From the sequence record OY253666.1: DNA of 32,000 nt; one strand, given 5' to 3'. This document shows, in pieces, positions 1 to 14,162 of the stretch. The notes under the pieces were generated by a model. That model saw nothing but the letters and a program-made list of their open reading frames with translations. It did not search any database and was not told the DNA's origin. The first letter of the stretch is position 1, and the number at the start of each line of letters is the position of its first letter. Position numbers and translations under genes: made by a program.

Positions 1-1
1 C

Positions 2-799
<798 letters not shown>

Positions 800-847
800 T
801 AGCTTCGACAATGGAGCGGGCACTTTACGTCGTTACACCTGCATGTA

Positions 848-868
848 GGGGCCTCATAATGAGGCCCC
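848..868 (+). terminator. 3' stem-loop after chlN (ggggcctc-ataat-gaggcccc)
   Basis: A perfect 8-bp GC-rich stem read directly from the sequence, 49 nt after the chlN stop. Confidence 0.5.
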
Positions 869-1120
869 CCCGTACAGTGTAGCGGGCTTGCACAGGCTTT
901 AAGGTCGATTAGATCGCAGAGCGGTATACCCATAATTTTTATATAATTTGATTGTAAGGGAATATCCCAATACTACAATGCTTATCCGAACCCTGCGAAT
1001 ATTTCGCTACAAATTAAAGCTGGACCTGTAAAGCAATAACTATATACGGTCAAGCCGAGTGGTTGTTGCAATCTTATTGAATAGTAAAAAATATAAATTT
1101 AATAGGAAAGGGGACGCGGA

Positions 1121-1197
1121 TGGCGCCCGAAGGCGCCAGGCGCCACTACGTCAGTCGTATATCACGCGCCCGTCGCACGTCCTTGGAAAAGGACGGG
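1121..1197 (-). terminator. Two GC-rich stem-loops in the psbA 3' region
   Basis: tggcgcc-cgaa-ggcgcca (1121-1138) and cgtcc-ttggaaaa-ggacg (1178-1195, extendable using cccgtc/gacggg). Both lie just downstream of the psbA stop at 1237 on the minus strand. Confidence 0.45.
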
Positions 1198-1236
1198 ACA
1201 GGGGCACACCGACATACATAGACACAAGGGTTAGAA

Positions 1237-2325
<1,089 letters not shown>

Positions 2326-2629
2326 CTAGCTCGCGACGCGAGCCACGGTTCCACAAGCGATGCGTATGCATACATACCTGCTATCCAATACTATAACTGA
2401 AAACCGCGCCGAAGACGAATTATTTGTTCATAATAGGTTAATTTAAACAGAGTACCGTGCATTCACGTAGGTGGCGGAAAGGGACCTACACTTAAAACAT
2501 ATGCTTGAATTTGTACGCAAAAATCAATTACACTATACATATCTGAGATCTTTCTTTTCACAAAAAATGGAAGATACTGATGCTCATTGAGAGGTGTCAG
2601 ATTTTCACATAAACTTCGGAGATATCACA

Positions 2630-2734
2630 ATGGAAGTTAATATTCTTGGTTTAATGGCTACGGCTTTATTTATTATTATTCCAACAGCATTTTTACTCAT
2701 CTTATACGTAAAAACAGCGGGTCGGGAAGCATAA
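2630..2734 (+). CDS. psbM: Photosystem II protein M
   Basis: Hand translation gives [34 protein letters not shown] (34 aa), which resembles the PsbM consensus [29 protein letters not shown]. It is not in the ORF track because it is too short. Confidence 0.85.
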   Translation: MEVNILGLMATALFIIIPTAFLLILYVKTAGREA

Positions 2735-2809
2735 CACAGAACATATCGCAGATGCGCATCGTACCGACGCCGCCGAACGGCTCTACCTGGGCATGCTTAT
2801 ATGTAAACA

Positions 2810-2847
2810 CGATGTAGGGTGTGTCCTCCCGTACACACCCTACATCG
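2810..2847 (+). terminator. 15-bp perfect stem-loop after psbM
   Basis: cgatgtagggtgtgt / acacaccctacatcg with an 8-nt loop, read directly from the sequence. Confidence 0.55.
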
Positions 2848-2900
2848 GTACACGACATTGTACATAGCGAAGGCTAATAAAAAAAAATACCTTCAATTTC

Positions 2901-2987
2901 CGGAGTGAGGGGGATTCGAACCCCCGGTACAGTCTCCCATACACTCGATTAGCAATCGAGCTCCTTCGGCCACTCAGACATCACTCC
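2901..2987 (-). tRNA. trnS(GCU): tRNA-Ser (anticodon GCU)
   Basis: The minus strand reads GGAGTGA...CGATTGCTAATCG...GGGGGTTCGAATCCCCCTCACTCCG. It has a long variable arm, a GCT anticodon and a canonical T-loop. Confidence 0.9.
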
Positions 2988-3088
2988 TTATACATACGTA
3001 ACGGCCTGCCTCATCGAGGACTTGAAAAATACATACGCAAAGACGTATACTTCTCTATAATCAGTGGTGTGTACATCACCGCGCTATC

Positions 3089-3160
3089 GGGCTCATCGTC
3101 TAAAGGATAGGACAGGGACCTTCTAAGTCTCTAATGTAGGTTCGATTCCTACTGGGCTCA
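3089..3160 (+). tRNA. trnR(UCU): tRNA-Arg (anticodon UCU)
   Basis: GGGCTCA TC GTCT..GGAC A GGGAC CTTCTAA GTCTC TAATG TAGGTTCGATTCCTAC TGGGCTC A. The cloverleaf folds with two G-U pairs in the acceptor stem. Confidence 0.8.
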
Positions 3161-3250
3161 GAATGATAAAGATTGCCTGTACACAAGCATACATGATTTC
3201 TGCTCCTTATGCCAGTATCTAGTGATCCAGAAGACCAAGGACCGACTGTC

Positions 3251-3283
3251 AGTGGAGTTGGGGTGATGGCCACCCCAACCACT
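3251..3283 (-). terminator. Stem-loop 3' of psbH
   Basis: gttggggtg-atggc-caccccaac (9 bp), with a flanking agtg/cact extension. It lies 13 nt beyond the psbH stop. Confidence 0.5.
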
Positions 3284-3295
3284 TACCCTAGTCAA

Positions 3296-3526
3296 TTAGA
3301 AGACTGGTTTGATTTCCTCTAATAAAACCGAACTGTTGTAGATTTCAAGAATAATTACAAGAAAGACTGCAAACAACGCCATGAAAACCCCCATGATAAC
3401 CGTTGTACCCCAGCCCGGAGCAACTTTACCATATTCCGAGTTTAAAGGTTTTAATAAAGTACCTAATGCTGTCACTTTACTTGTGTCTGCTGTTTGTTTG
3501 CCTTTCACTGTTGATCCTGTAGCCAT
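3296..3526 (-). CDS. psbH: Photosystem II phosphoprotein H
   Basis: A 76-aa ORF containing ...[49 protein letters not shown]..., typical of PsbH. It sits in the conserved psbB-psbT-psbN-psbH context. Confidence 0.93.
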   Translation of the reverse strand: MATGSTVKGKQTADTSKVTALGTLLKPLNSEYGKVAPGWGTTVIMGVFMALFAVFLVIILEIYNSSVLLEEIKPVF

Positions 3527-3688
3527 AAAATCTTAAAAAGAATTGATATGTTTTACTTTCTGTCAAAATGTTAACTGTGGTGAAAACTTAGAGATAGTTT
3601 TCACACACAGTTTTTTATTTTTCTCTATGAATAGGGTACTATAATAACAAAACAAAAAACAACCCGTATACTTAAACCGTCTTACATT

Positions 3689-3823
3689 ATGGAAAGCCCA
3701 GCTTTTTTCTATACAATTTTCTTATGGTGTTTACTGCTTAGTATCACCGGCTATTCGATTTACGTGGGTTTTGGCCCACCGTCAAAGGACCTGCGCGACC
3801 CCTTCGAAGACCACGAAGATTAG
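3689..3823 (+). CDS. psbN: Photosystem II assembly protein PsbN
   Basis: Hand translation gives [44 protein letters not shown] (44 aa). It is on the opposite strand between psbT and psbH, as in most plastids. Confidence 0.9.
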   Translation: MESPAFFYTIFLWCLLLSITGYSIYVGFGPPSKDLRDPFEDHED

Positions 3824-3877
3824 GTCTTCAAGTTAACTGAGTATAGTCACATCTTCGGTTACATATACCACGAACCC

Positions 3878-3954
3878 GGAAGAGGGTATCACTACATCCT
3901 CTTCCAAACAACGTGATCGAATACCAAAGACACGCTTGAACTAAGTCAAGCGTG
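3878..3954. terminator. Two stem-loops between the convergent genes psbN and psbT
   Basis: ggaagagg/cctcttcc (3878-3905) and cacgcttga/tcaagcgtg (3931-3954). Confidence 0.45.
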
Positions 3955-3958
3955 GCCT

Positions 3959-4054
3959 CTATTTAATAATACGTGGTGGTTCGCGGAAGAAAATCGCGAA
4001 AAAGATAATCCCGAGCGTACCTACTAATAAAAAAGTATAAACTAATGCTTCCAT
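3959..4054 (-). CDS. psbT: Photosystem II protein T
   Basis: Hand translation gives [31 protein letters not shown] (31 aa). It lies directly downstream of psbB. Confidence 0.92.
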   Translation of the reverse strand: MEALVYTFLLVGTLGIIFFAIFFREPPRIIK

Positions 4055-4126
4055 AACAAGATGTATGTGAAAAGAGAATTTATTTTTGATGACAGGAGGA
4101 TTCAGTACTACTCTGCCCTAGCGAGA

Positions 4127-4146
4127 GGGAGGGCGAACGCCCTCCC
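4127..4146 (-). repeat. GC-rich hairpin in the psbB-psbT spacer
   Basis: gggagggcg-aa-cgccctccc, a 9-bp stem. Confidence 0.4.
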
Positions 4147-4201
4147 CCAAAACCGCCTTTAGCGCACGACTAAAGCACCCCCAAACCGAAAAAAAAGAAC
4201 A

Positions 4202-5728
4202 TTATACTGACGCCTTACGAGTTGTAGGGTCACCAAGCTTCTGGAACGCACCAAATTCAACTTGTTCGTCAAGGTCACTGTCGATACCAGCAAATACATC
4301 ACGGAAAATTGTACGAGCACCGTGCCAGATATGACCGAAGAAGAAAAGTAATGCAAAGCAGAGGTGCCCGAATGTAAACCAGCCGCGTGGACTTGTACGG
4401 AATACACCATCCGACTGGAGCGTTGCACGATCAAACTCAAAAACTTCGCCTAATTGGGCACGACGAGCATATTTCTTAACAGTTGCCGGATCAGTAAATG
4501 TTACACCATCTAATTCACCACCATAGAATGTCACAGATACGCCAACTTGTTCAATACTGTATTTTGATTCCGCACGACGGAATGGTACATCCGCACGAAC
4601 AACACCATCTTTATCTAAAAGAAGAACCGGGAATGTCTCAAAGAATGTCGGCATACGGCGTACGAATAATTCGTTACCGTCTTTATCTTTGAAAACAGCG
4701 TGACCTAACCAACCCACAGCAATACCATCACCACTGTTCATGGCGCCGGCACGGAATAAACCACCCTTCGCTGGGTTGTTTCCGATGTAGTCGTAGAATG
4801 CTAATTTTTCAGGAATGGCAGCCCAGGCTTCTGATACTGATTTCCCTTCTGATAAGCTTGTTTGAACTCGACTTTCAATTTCTTGCTGGAAGTACCCAAG
4901 ATCCCATTGGTAACGAGTTGGACCGTATAATTCAATCGGCGTCGCAGCTGAACCGTACCACATTGTACCTGAAACAACAAAGGCTGCCCAGAATACAGCG
5001 GCAATACTACTTGATAACACTGTCTCAATGTTACCCATACGTAAACCATTGTATAAACGTTGTGATGGGCGTACGCATAAATGAAATAAACCAGCTAATA
5101 TGCCAAGAATACCTGCAGCCATGTGATGACTTGCAACCCCACCCGGGTTATACGGGTCAAACCCGTCAGCACCCCACGCTGGAGCTACAGGTTGCACAGA
5201 ACCAGTAATTCCGTATGGATCTGATACCCAAATACCAGGGCCAAAAAGCCCAGTTACATGGAAAGCACCAAAACCAAAACACGCTAACCCCGATAAGAAA
5301 AGGTGAATACCAAAAATTTTTGGTAAGTCTAATGCAGGGTCACCAGTACGTGGGTCACGGAAAAGTTCTAAATCCCAGTACACCCAATGCCAGATTGAGG
5401 CCATAAACAATAACCCAGATAAGACGATGTGCGCCGTTGCAACACCTTCATACGACCAAATACCAGGGTTTGCTGCCGTTTCACCACTAATTGTCCAACC
5501 ACCCCACGATTGTGAGATGCCTAAACGTGTCATGAAAGGAAGAACAAACATCCCTTGACGCCACATAGGGTTTAGAACTGGATCCGATGGATCAAAAACA
5601 GCAAGCTCATAAAACGCCATTGAACCGGCCCATCCCGAAACAAGAGCAGTATGCATTAAATGCACCGCGATTAAACGACCTGGGTCATTTAATACAACTG
5701 TGTGTACACGATACCAAGGTAATCCCAT
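4202..5728 (-). CDS. psbB: Photosystem II CP47 chlorophyll apoprotein
   Basis: A 508-aa ORF starting [37 protein letters not shown]..., full-length CP47. Confidence 0.98.
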   Translation of the reverse strand: MGLPWYRVHTVVLNDPGRLIAVHLMHTALVSGWAGSMAFYELAVFDPSDPVLNPMWRQGMFVLPFMTRLGISQSWGGWTISGETAANPGIWSYEGVATAHIVLSGLLFMASIWHWVYWDLELFRDPRTGDPALDLPKIFGIHLFLSGLACFGFGAFHVTGLFGPGIWVSDPYGITGSVQPVAPAWGADGFDPYNPGGVASHHMAAGILGILAGLFHLCVRPSQRLYNGLRMGNIETVLSSSIAAVFWAAFVVSGTMWYGSAATPIELYGPTRYQWDLGYFQQEIESRVQTSLSEGKSVSEAWAAIPEKLAFYDYIGNNPAKGGLFRAGAMNSGDGIAVGWLGHAVFKDKDGNELFVRRMPTFFETFPVLLLDKDGVVRADVPFRRAESKYSIEQVGVSVTFYGGELDGVTFTDPATVKKYARRAQLGEVFEFDRATLQSDGVFRTSPRGWFTFGHLCFALLFFFGHIWHGARTIFRDVFAGIDSDLDEQVEFGAFQKLGDPTTRKASV

Positions 5729-5903
5729 AGATATGTTTAAAATTGTAGATATTTTTACTTTCTTACTTTTGCGAGTGATTTTAAATCAAGTATACCATAT
5801 TTTATAAAAATCTTATAGGTGTATGTAAAAATTAGGTCCTCGGTGGCGTCGCTCGGCTTTGTCGATGGCATGCCTGAGGAACGCCGAAAGGCGCTCCAAT
5901 GTA

Positions 5904-5954
5904 CTGTTTTTTAGGGGGGGGGGTGTGCGCCACCCCCCCCCCCCTAAAAAACAG
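5904..5954. repeat. Long hairpin with G10 and C12 homopolymer arms
   Basis: ctgttttttagggggggggg (5904-5923) pairs with cccccccccctaaaaaacag (5935-5954). The loop contains tgtgcgcca. It lies between the psbB start and the minD stop. Confidence 0.7.
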
Positions 5955-5963
5955 TTCTGGCAT

Positions 5964-6899
5964 TTACCCTAAAAAGGCATCTTGTACCTTTTTGAAGAAA
6001 CTTTTCCGAGGTGACGAAAGGTCTAGGAAATAATCGTGTTTTCCGATCAGACGACGGGCAGTATTTTCAAACGCAATCCCTGATAATGTCAGTTTTTTCT
6101 TTAACACTAACGGCTCGCCTCGATTAGTCGAGATAATGACTTGCGTATCTTCAGGGATCGCACCAAGCAAAGGGATCCCTAACATCTCTTGAACGTCACG
6201 TACTGACATCATATCGTTAGTTTGGACCATGTCTGCACGCACGCGATTTACCAATAGCTTCACCTGAAAAATACCCTTTGCCTCTAACAGCCCAGCTACA
6301 CGGTCCGCGTCCCGAATGGCCGTAATCTCAGGTGTAGTTACTAAGATTGCCTCTTGGGCTGGTCCGATAGCATGAATAAAGCCAACATCAATCCCCGCCG
6401 GACAATCAATCAGAATAAAATGATACCCAGACTCTGAAATCGACTGAACAAGCTGTTCCATGTGCTTTTGCGTCACATTATATTTTTGTCGATTTTTTGA
6501 AATCGAGAGAAGGGCTAAGTTTTTCCATCGTTTATCCTTAATTAATGCCTGATCTAGCCGACATTGGCCCTCAATTACGTCCATAGCCGTGTATAAGATA
6601 CGGTTCTCAAGACCAAGAAGCAGGTCCAAATTACGTAATCCGATATCCGAATCGATCAAAGCTACCCGATATCCGAGCCGAGCAATCGACATCCCAACAT
6701 TTGCCGCAGTCGTTGTCTTACCTACACCCCCCTTTCCAGAAGTAATGACAATAGTTCGGGGAGTCGTCGGCTCGGTCGAGTCCATACGTAGAGGATCCGC
6801 CGAAGAACCCACCACGTGATTCATATGCTGGGCCTGACAACGAAGAGCACACGCATGCGAGAGAGGTGCGAGCACCCGGCAAGATAATTTCATAAACAT
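5964..6899 (-). CDS. minD: Septum-site-determining ATPase MinD (start codon uncertain)
   Basis: The ORF has the deviant Walker A motif ITSGKGGVGKTT and a MinD-like body running to ...FFKKVQDAFLG. In-frame ATGs at 6899, 6893, 6824 and 6785 are all possible starts. The conserved core begins near codon 49. Confidence 0.9.
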   Translation of the reverse strand: MFMKLSCRVLAPLSHACALRCQAQHMNHVVGSSADPLRMDSTEPTTPRTIVITSGKGGVGKTTTAANVGMSIARLGYRVALIDSDIGLRNLDLLLGLENRILYTAMDVIEGQCRLDQALIKDKRWKNLALLSISKNRQKYNVTQKHMEQLVQSISESGYHFILIDCPAGIDVGFIHAIGPAQEAILVTTPEITAIRDADRVAGLLEAKGIFQVKLLVNRVRADMVQTNDMMSVRDVQEMLGIPLLGAIPEDTQVIISTNRGEPLVLKKKLTLSGIAFENTARRLIGKHDYFLDLSSPRKSFFKKVQDAFLG

Positions 6900-7045
6900 A
6901 ACTTGTTCTTAGGGCAAGAAAGCGCGTCCAGGCCTGATTAGACCTGGAATATCACACAAGTGGACCACGTCTATACTTTTGATGAAGATAATAAGTAAAC
7001 GCGCTGGTACACTTTAAAACCCACGCACTCCAAAGGAGTATCATT

Positions 7046-7119
7046 CGGACCAGGAGGGACTTGAACCCCCGACTCCGTGGTTCGTAGCCACGTGCTCTAT
7101 CCAACTGAGCTACAGGTCC
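7046..7119 (-). tRNA. trnR(ACG): tRNA-Arg (anticodon ACG)
   Basis: The minus strand reads GGACCTGTAGCTCAGTTGGATAGAGCACGTGGCTACGAACCACGGAGTCGGGGGTTCAAGTCCCTCCTGGTCCG. Confidence 0.9.
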
Positions 7120-7360
7120 TTTACTTGAATATACTGAATGCTGTACGGTATATAGGACACCCTATAAACGTAAGTATACCACGAAAGCATCGGAAATACA
7201 ACAATACCGGATAAAATCGTAAATGTAGCACCAATACCCCACCGCAACCACCGGGTGGGGCGTTTTCGGGTTGCTACGCCTTGACGGCTTGTCGCAACGG
7301 CGGCAGTGGTTTGCACGGCTTCATCGATTGTGCGTACGCACGGAAGACCGGATATTCTAT

Positions 7361-7446
7361 TGCATGCAGCCGGATTTGAACCGGCGGTGTCCACGGGGGA
7401 GGCTGGATTATGAGTCCAGTGCTTTCAACCACTCAGCCATACATGC
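7361..7446 (-). tRNA. Atypical 86-nt tRNA with a CAU anticodon and a 17-nt variable region; its 5' half resembles trnI(CAU)
   Basis: The minus strand reads GCATGTA TG GCT GAGTGGTTGAA AGC A CTGGA CTCATAA TCCAG CCTCCCCCGTGGACACC GCCGG TTCAAAT CCGGC TGCATGC A. The acceptor, anticodon and T stems all pair. Isotype is unresolved. Confidence 0.65.
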
Positions 7447-7467
7447 AAGACCATCTCTCGGATCTGG

Positions 7468-7541
7468 TGAGTTTGGGGGGATTCGAACCCCCGACACTGC
7501 GCACCGGAAACGCACGCTCTAATCCCCTGAGCTACAAACCC
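7468..7541 (-). tRNA. trnR(CCG): tRNA-Arg (anticodon CCG)
   Basis: The minus strand reads GGGTTTGTAGCTCAGGGGATTAGAGCG TGCGT TTCCGGT GCGCA GTGTCGGGGGTTCGAATCCCCCCAAACTCA. The next three bases (7467-7465) happen to read CCA. Confidence 0.85.
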
Positions 7542-7573
7542 TAAGAAAAAAGAAAAATCTGAGAGATATTTTA

Positions 7574-8080
7574 CTAGTCCTCCCGTTGACTGGTTTTTAA
7601 CCAGTTTACCGCTTCAATATAATTTGTTGGGGCAAGGCGAATGGCCTCTTTCCAATAATCCGAGGCTTTATCGAACAATAAACGAGCAATTTCGGGCTGA
7701 CCCTGCTCAGTCGCCTGCTCTCCACGGAAATGATAAATAACTGCAATATTATTTAACGCTTGTGGAAGGGAAGGGTTCCGTTCCAAAGCCTGGTAGTAAT
7801 ACGCCAGCGCACGTCCATGCTCCCCGTTACTCGTATGAATTAAACCAATGTTGTACAAAATATAACTTCGGTCATAGGCATCAGTTTCATACCGCATCGC
7901 TTGGTAATAATTTTGTAATGCTTCTGCATAATCACCAGCTGATTGCGCAGACATACCGTCGCGATAATACATAAATGCTTGTTTTTCTCGCTGTGATGTG
8001 GGAAGAACTTGCAATAAAATATCAGCAACAACGGTAAAAGTTTTATCAATAAAATTATCGTTTCGTTGTGACTTAGGCAT
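7574..8080 (-). CDS. ycf3: Photosystem I assembly protein Ycf3 (TPR protein)
   Basis: A 168-aa ORF starting [59 protein letters not shown]... It has no introns. Confidence 0.95.
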   Translation of the reverse strand: MPKSQRNDNFIDKTFTVVADILLQVLPTSQREKQAFMYYRDGMSAQSAGDYAEALQNYYQAMRYETDAYDRSYILYNIGLIHTSNGEHGRALAYYYQALERNPSLPQALNNIAVIYHFRGEQATEQGQPEIARLLFDKASDYWKEAIRLAPTNYIEAVNWLKTSQRED

Positions 8081-8222
8081 AATAAAAATAACGCAAAGTG
8101 AATAATCGTATGGGCCGCTCGATTATTTGATATTGTTAGTTTGCCCGAAAACAATAACAAACGATCAATAGCGGCCACATACATAGGCCCTTGCTTGCAA
8201 GTATACGCTTTCGGCAACACGC

Positions 8223-8630
8223 TTACGCGGATGCTTTAGCTGCTTGGTAACGAGCACGTGCTCGCTTTAATGCCATGTTCGCTGCAAATTTTTGCTTCGC
8301 ATTTGCGCCTTCGGCTTGCTCCCATTTTGTTTGAGCTTGCTCGTACGCATCTTTTGCTTGGTCAGCATCAATTGTTTCAGCTGATTCAGCTTCATTTGCA
8401 AAAATCTGGACTTGGTTGTTCTTAACAAACGCCAAACCAGCCATTAAAGTAATTGCTTTCCATTCTTTTTGAATACGTACCAGCATCACACCGACATCAA
8501 GGCCTGTGATTAGCGGTGCGTGATTTTTTAACACACCCATCTGGCCTGAGGTTGTTGGTAAAATAATCTCGTCAACCGGCGCATCCCAAAACTGTTGACC
8601 CGGCGTTAAAATTTTAACTTGTAATGTCAT
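8223..8630 (-). CDS. atpE: ATP synthase CF1 epsilon subunit
   Basis: The ORF is AtpE-like (MTLQVKILTPGQQFWDAPVDEIILPTTSGQMGVLKNHAPL...). I take the ATG at 8630. The track's start at 8645 is a TTG five codons upstream. Confidence 0.93.
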   Translation of the reverse strand: MTLQVKILTPGQQFWDAPVDEIILPTTSGQMGVLKNHAPLITGLDVGVMLVRIQKEWKAITLMAGLAFVKNNQVQIFANEAESAETIDADQAKDAYEQAQTKWEQAEGANAKQKFAANMALKRARARYQAAKASA

Positions 8631-8658
8631 ATTTTTAAGTTCCAAACGAAAGAGGCTA

Positions 8659-8686
8659 CACCCTTCCCGTTATTGTGAGAAGGGTG
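8659..8686 (-). repeat. Hairpin in the 70-nt atpB-atpE spacer
   Basis: cacccttc / gaagggtg, an 8-bp stem with a 12-nt loop. Confidence 0.4.
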
Positions 8687-8700
8687 CAGTGGTGGTTCAC

Positions 8701-10233
<1,533 letters not shown>

Positions 10234-10247
10234 TCACCTCGCGACTC

Positions 10248-10286
10248 AGCAGTTCGGTTTTGCCGATACGGCAAAACCGAACTGCT
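10248..10286 (-). terminator. 18-bp stem-loop between rrf and atpB
   Basis: agcagttcggttttgccg-ata-cggcaaaaccgaactgct, a perfect stem. Confidence 0.55.
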
Positions 10287-10460
10287 CAAACGAAAAGCAG
10301 CGCTTATCCCTTTTCATACAAAAAAAGGTACTTAAAATGACCCTTTCCGTTGTATAGCATACCATGAAATATCGAAAAGAACAACGTTTTGCCTTGCAGT
10401 ACCCCAAAGTTTGAAGGGATCATACACATAACCAATGCGCGTCCACTCTTCTTTCTTTTT

Positions 10461-10585
10461 TATCCTGGCACTAGACTATTTTCCCAAAGGGCTACCCCTG
10501 AAGTATCGTCGTCTTTTATGCGTTTCACAACTAAGTTCGAGATGGATTAGTGTGGTTCCACGTAAATATAAAACACCAGAAAATA
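10461..10585 (-). rRNA. rrf: 5S ribosomal RNA (ends approximate)
   Basis: The minus strand reads TATTTTCTGGTG...GGAACCACACTAATCCATCTCGAACTTAGTTGTGAAACG...GATACTTCAGGGGTAGCCC...GTGCCAGGATA. This aligns with the plastid 5S rRNA as I remember it. Confidence 0.9.
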
Positions 10586-10587
10586 CA

Positions 10588-10623
10588 GCCTTTGAGGAAG
10601 TCTTTAAAGACTTCCTCAAAGGC
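10588..10623. repeat. Perfect 36-nt palindrome filling the rrl-rrf spacer
   Basis: gcctttgaggaagtctttaaagacttcctcaaaggc equals its own reverse complement. Confidence 0.8.
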
Positions 10624-10637
10624 TTAAACTTTAACAT

Positions 10638-13580
<2,943 letters not shown>

Positions 13581-13648
13581 TTCCACAAAATACTTTATCT
13601 TTTAAAAAAGATAAAGTCAAGTGATTCTACTTGAAACGTATTCAAGTG

Positions 13649-13721
13649 TGGAGATAAGCGGACTCGAACCGCTGACATCTGCCGTGCAAAAGCAGCGCTC
13701 TACCAACTGAGCTATATCCCC
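13649..13721 (-). tRNA. trnA(UGC): tRNA-Ala (anticodon UGC), no intron
   Basis: GGGGATATAGCTCAGTTGGTAGAGCGCTGCTTTTGCACGGCAGATGTCAGCGGTTCGAGTCCGCTTATCTCCA, with the G3:U70 identity pair. Confidence 0.92.
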
Positions 13722-13779
13722 CTATATACGCGCTCACCGCATGTGACATCTTTTCGATCCTGCCGGTAACCGGAGTATG

Positions 13780-13853
13780 TGGGCTGTAGTGGATTTGAAC
13801 CACCGACCTTACGCTTATCAGGCGTATGCGCTAACCAACTGTGCCAACAGCCC
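13780..13853 (-). tRNA. trnI(GAU): tRNA-Ile (anticodon GAU), no intron
   Basis: GGGCTGTTGGCACAGTTGGTTAGCGCATACGCCTGATAAGCGTAAGGTCGGTGGTTCAAATCCACTACAGCCCA. Confidence 0.92.
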
Positions 13854-13960
13854 TCCAGTGTGCGTCGAGATTTTTCGAAGCGCCTGAATTCGTTCAGGAT
13901 GATGGAATTAGACCCTCAATACAACGTGGTATACCGGGTAAAGTTCTCGTTCCATCCAAT

Positions 13961-13990
13961 ACTATACCCGATGTACGGCGACTTCGTCAA
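13961..13990 (-). promoter_or_regulatory. Candidate sigma70/PEP-type promoter upstream of trnI-trnA-rrl-rrf
   Basis: The minus strand reads TTGACG-N18-TATAGT (-35 at 13990-13985, -10 at 13966-13961), about 100 nt upstream of trnI. This rests on a sequence match only. Confidence 0.3.
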
Positions 13991-14070
13991 CCAAAAACTC
14001 CTCTCTAACGGGGCCGGTATAACCCGGTGCTGGTGCAGCATCAGCACAGAAAAGGCAAGCTTTCACGTTC

Positions 14071-14113
14071 GTGTGATACTGGTTGGACAGCAACTGTCCA
14101 ACCAGTATCACAC
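14071..14113 (-). terminator. 20-bp perfect stem-loop 3' of petA
   Basis: gtgtgatactggttggacag-caa-ctgtccaaccagtatcacac, 50 nt beyond the petA stop. Confidence 0.6.
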
Positions 14114-14162
14114 ACATCGACAAGGTCGAACGACCGAGTCAAAAGACATTGAACACCGTCCA

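Noticed and set aside
7110-7394. A 94-aa minus-strand ORF spanning the trnR(ACG) to CAU-tRNA spacer, with one hydrophobic stretch
   Set aside because: It begins inside one tRNA gene and ends inside another. It has no internal ATG near the hydrophobic part and matches none of the small photosystem or cytochrome subunits I checked from memory (petG/L/N, psbI/J/L, psaJ). It is probably spurious. The 240-bp spacer is also too short, and lacks the motifs, for rnpB or ssrA.
7465-7467. A genomically encoded 3'-CCA after trnR(CCG), which is unusual for plastid tRNA genes
   Set aside because: Only one of the 17 tRNA genes shows it. The chance expectation is 1/64 per gene, so one occurrence in 17 is not surprising.
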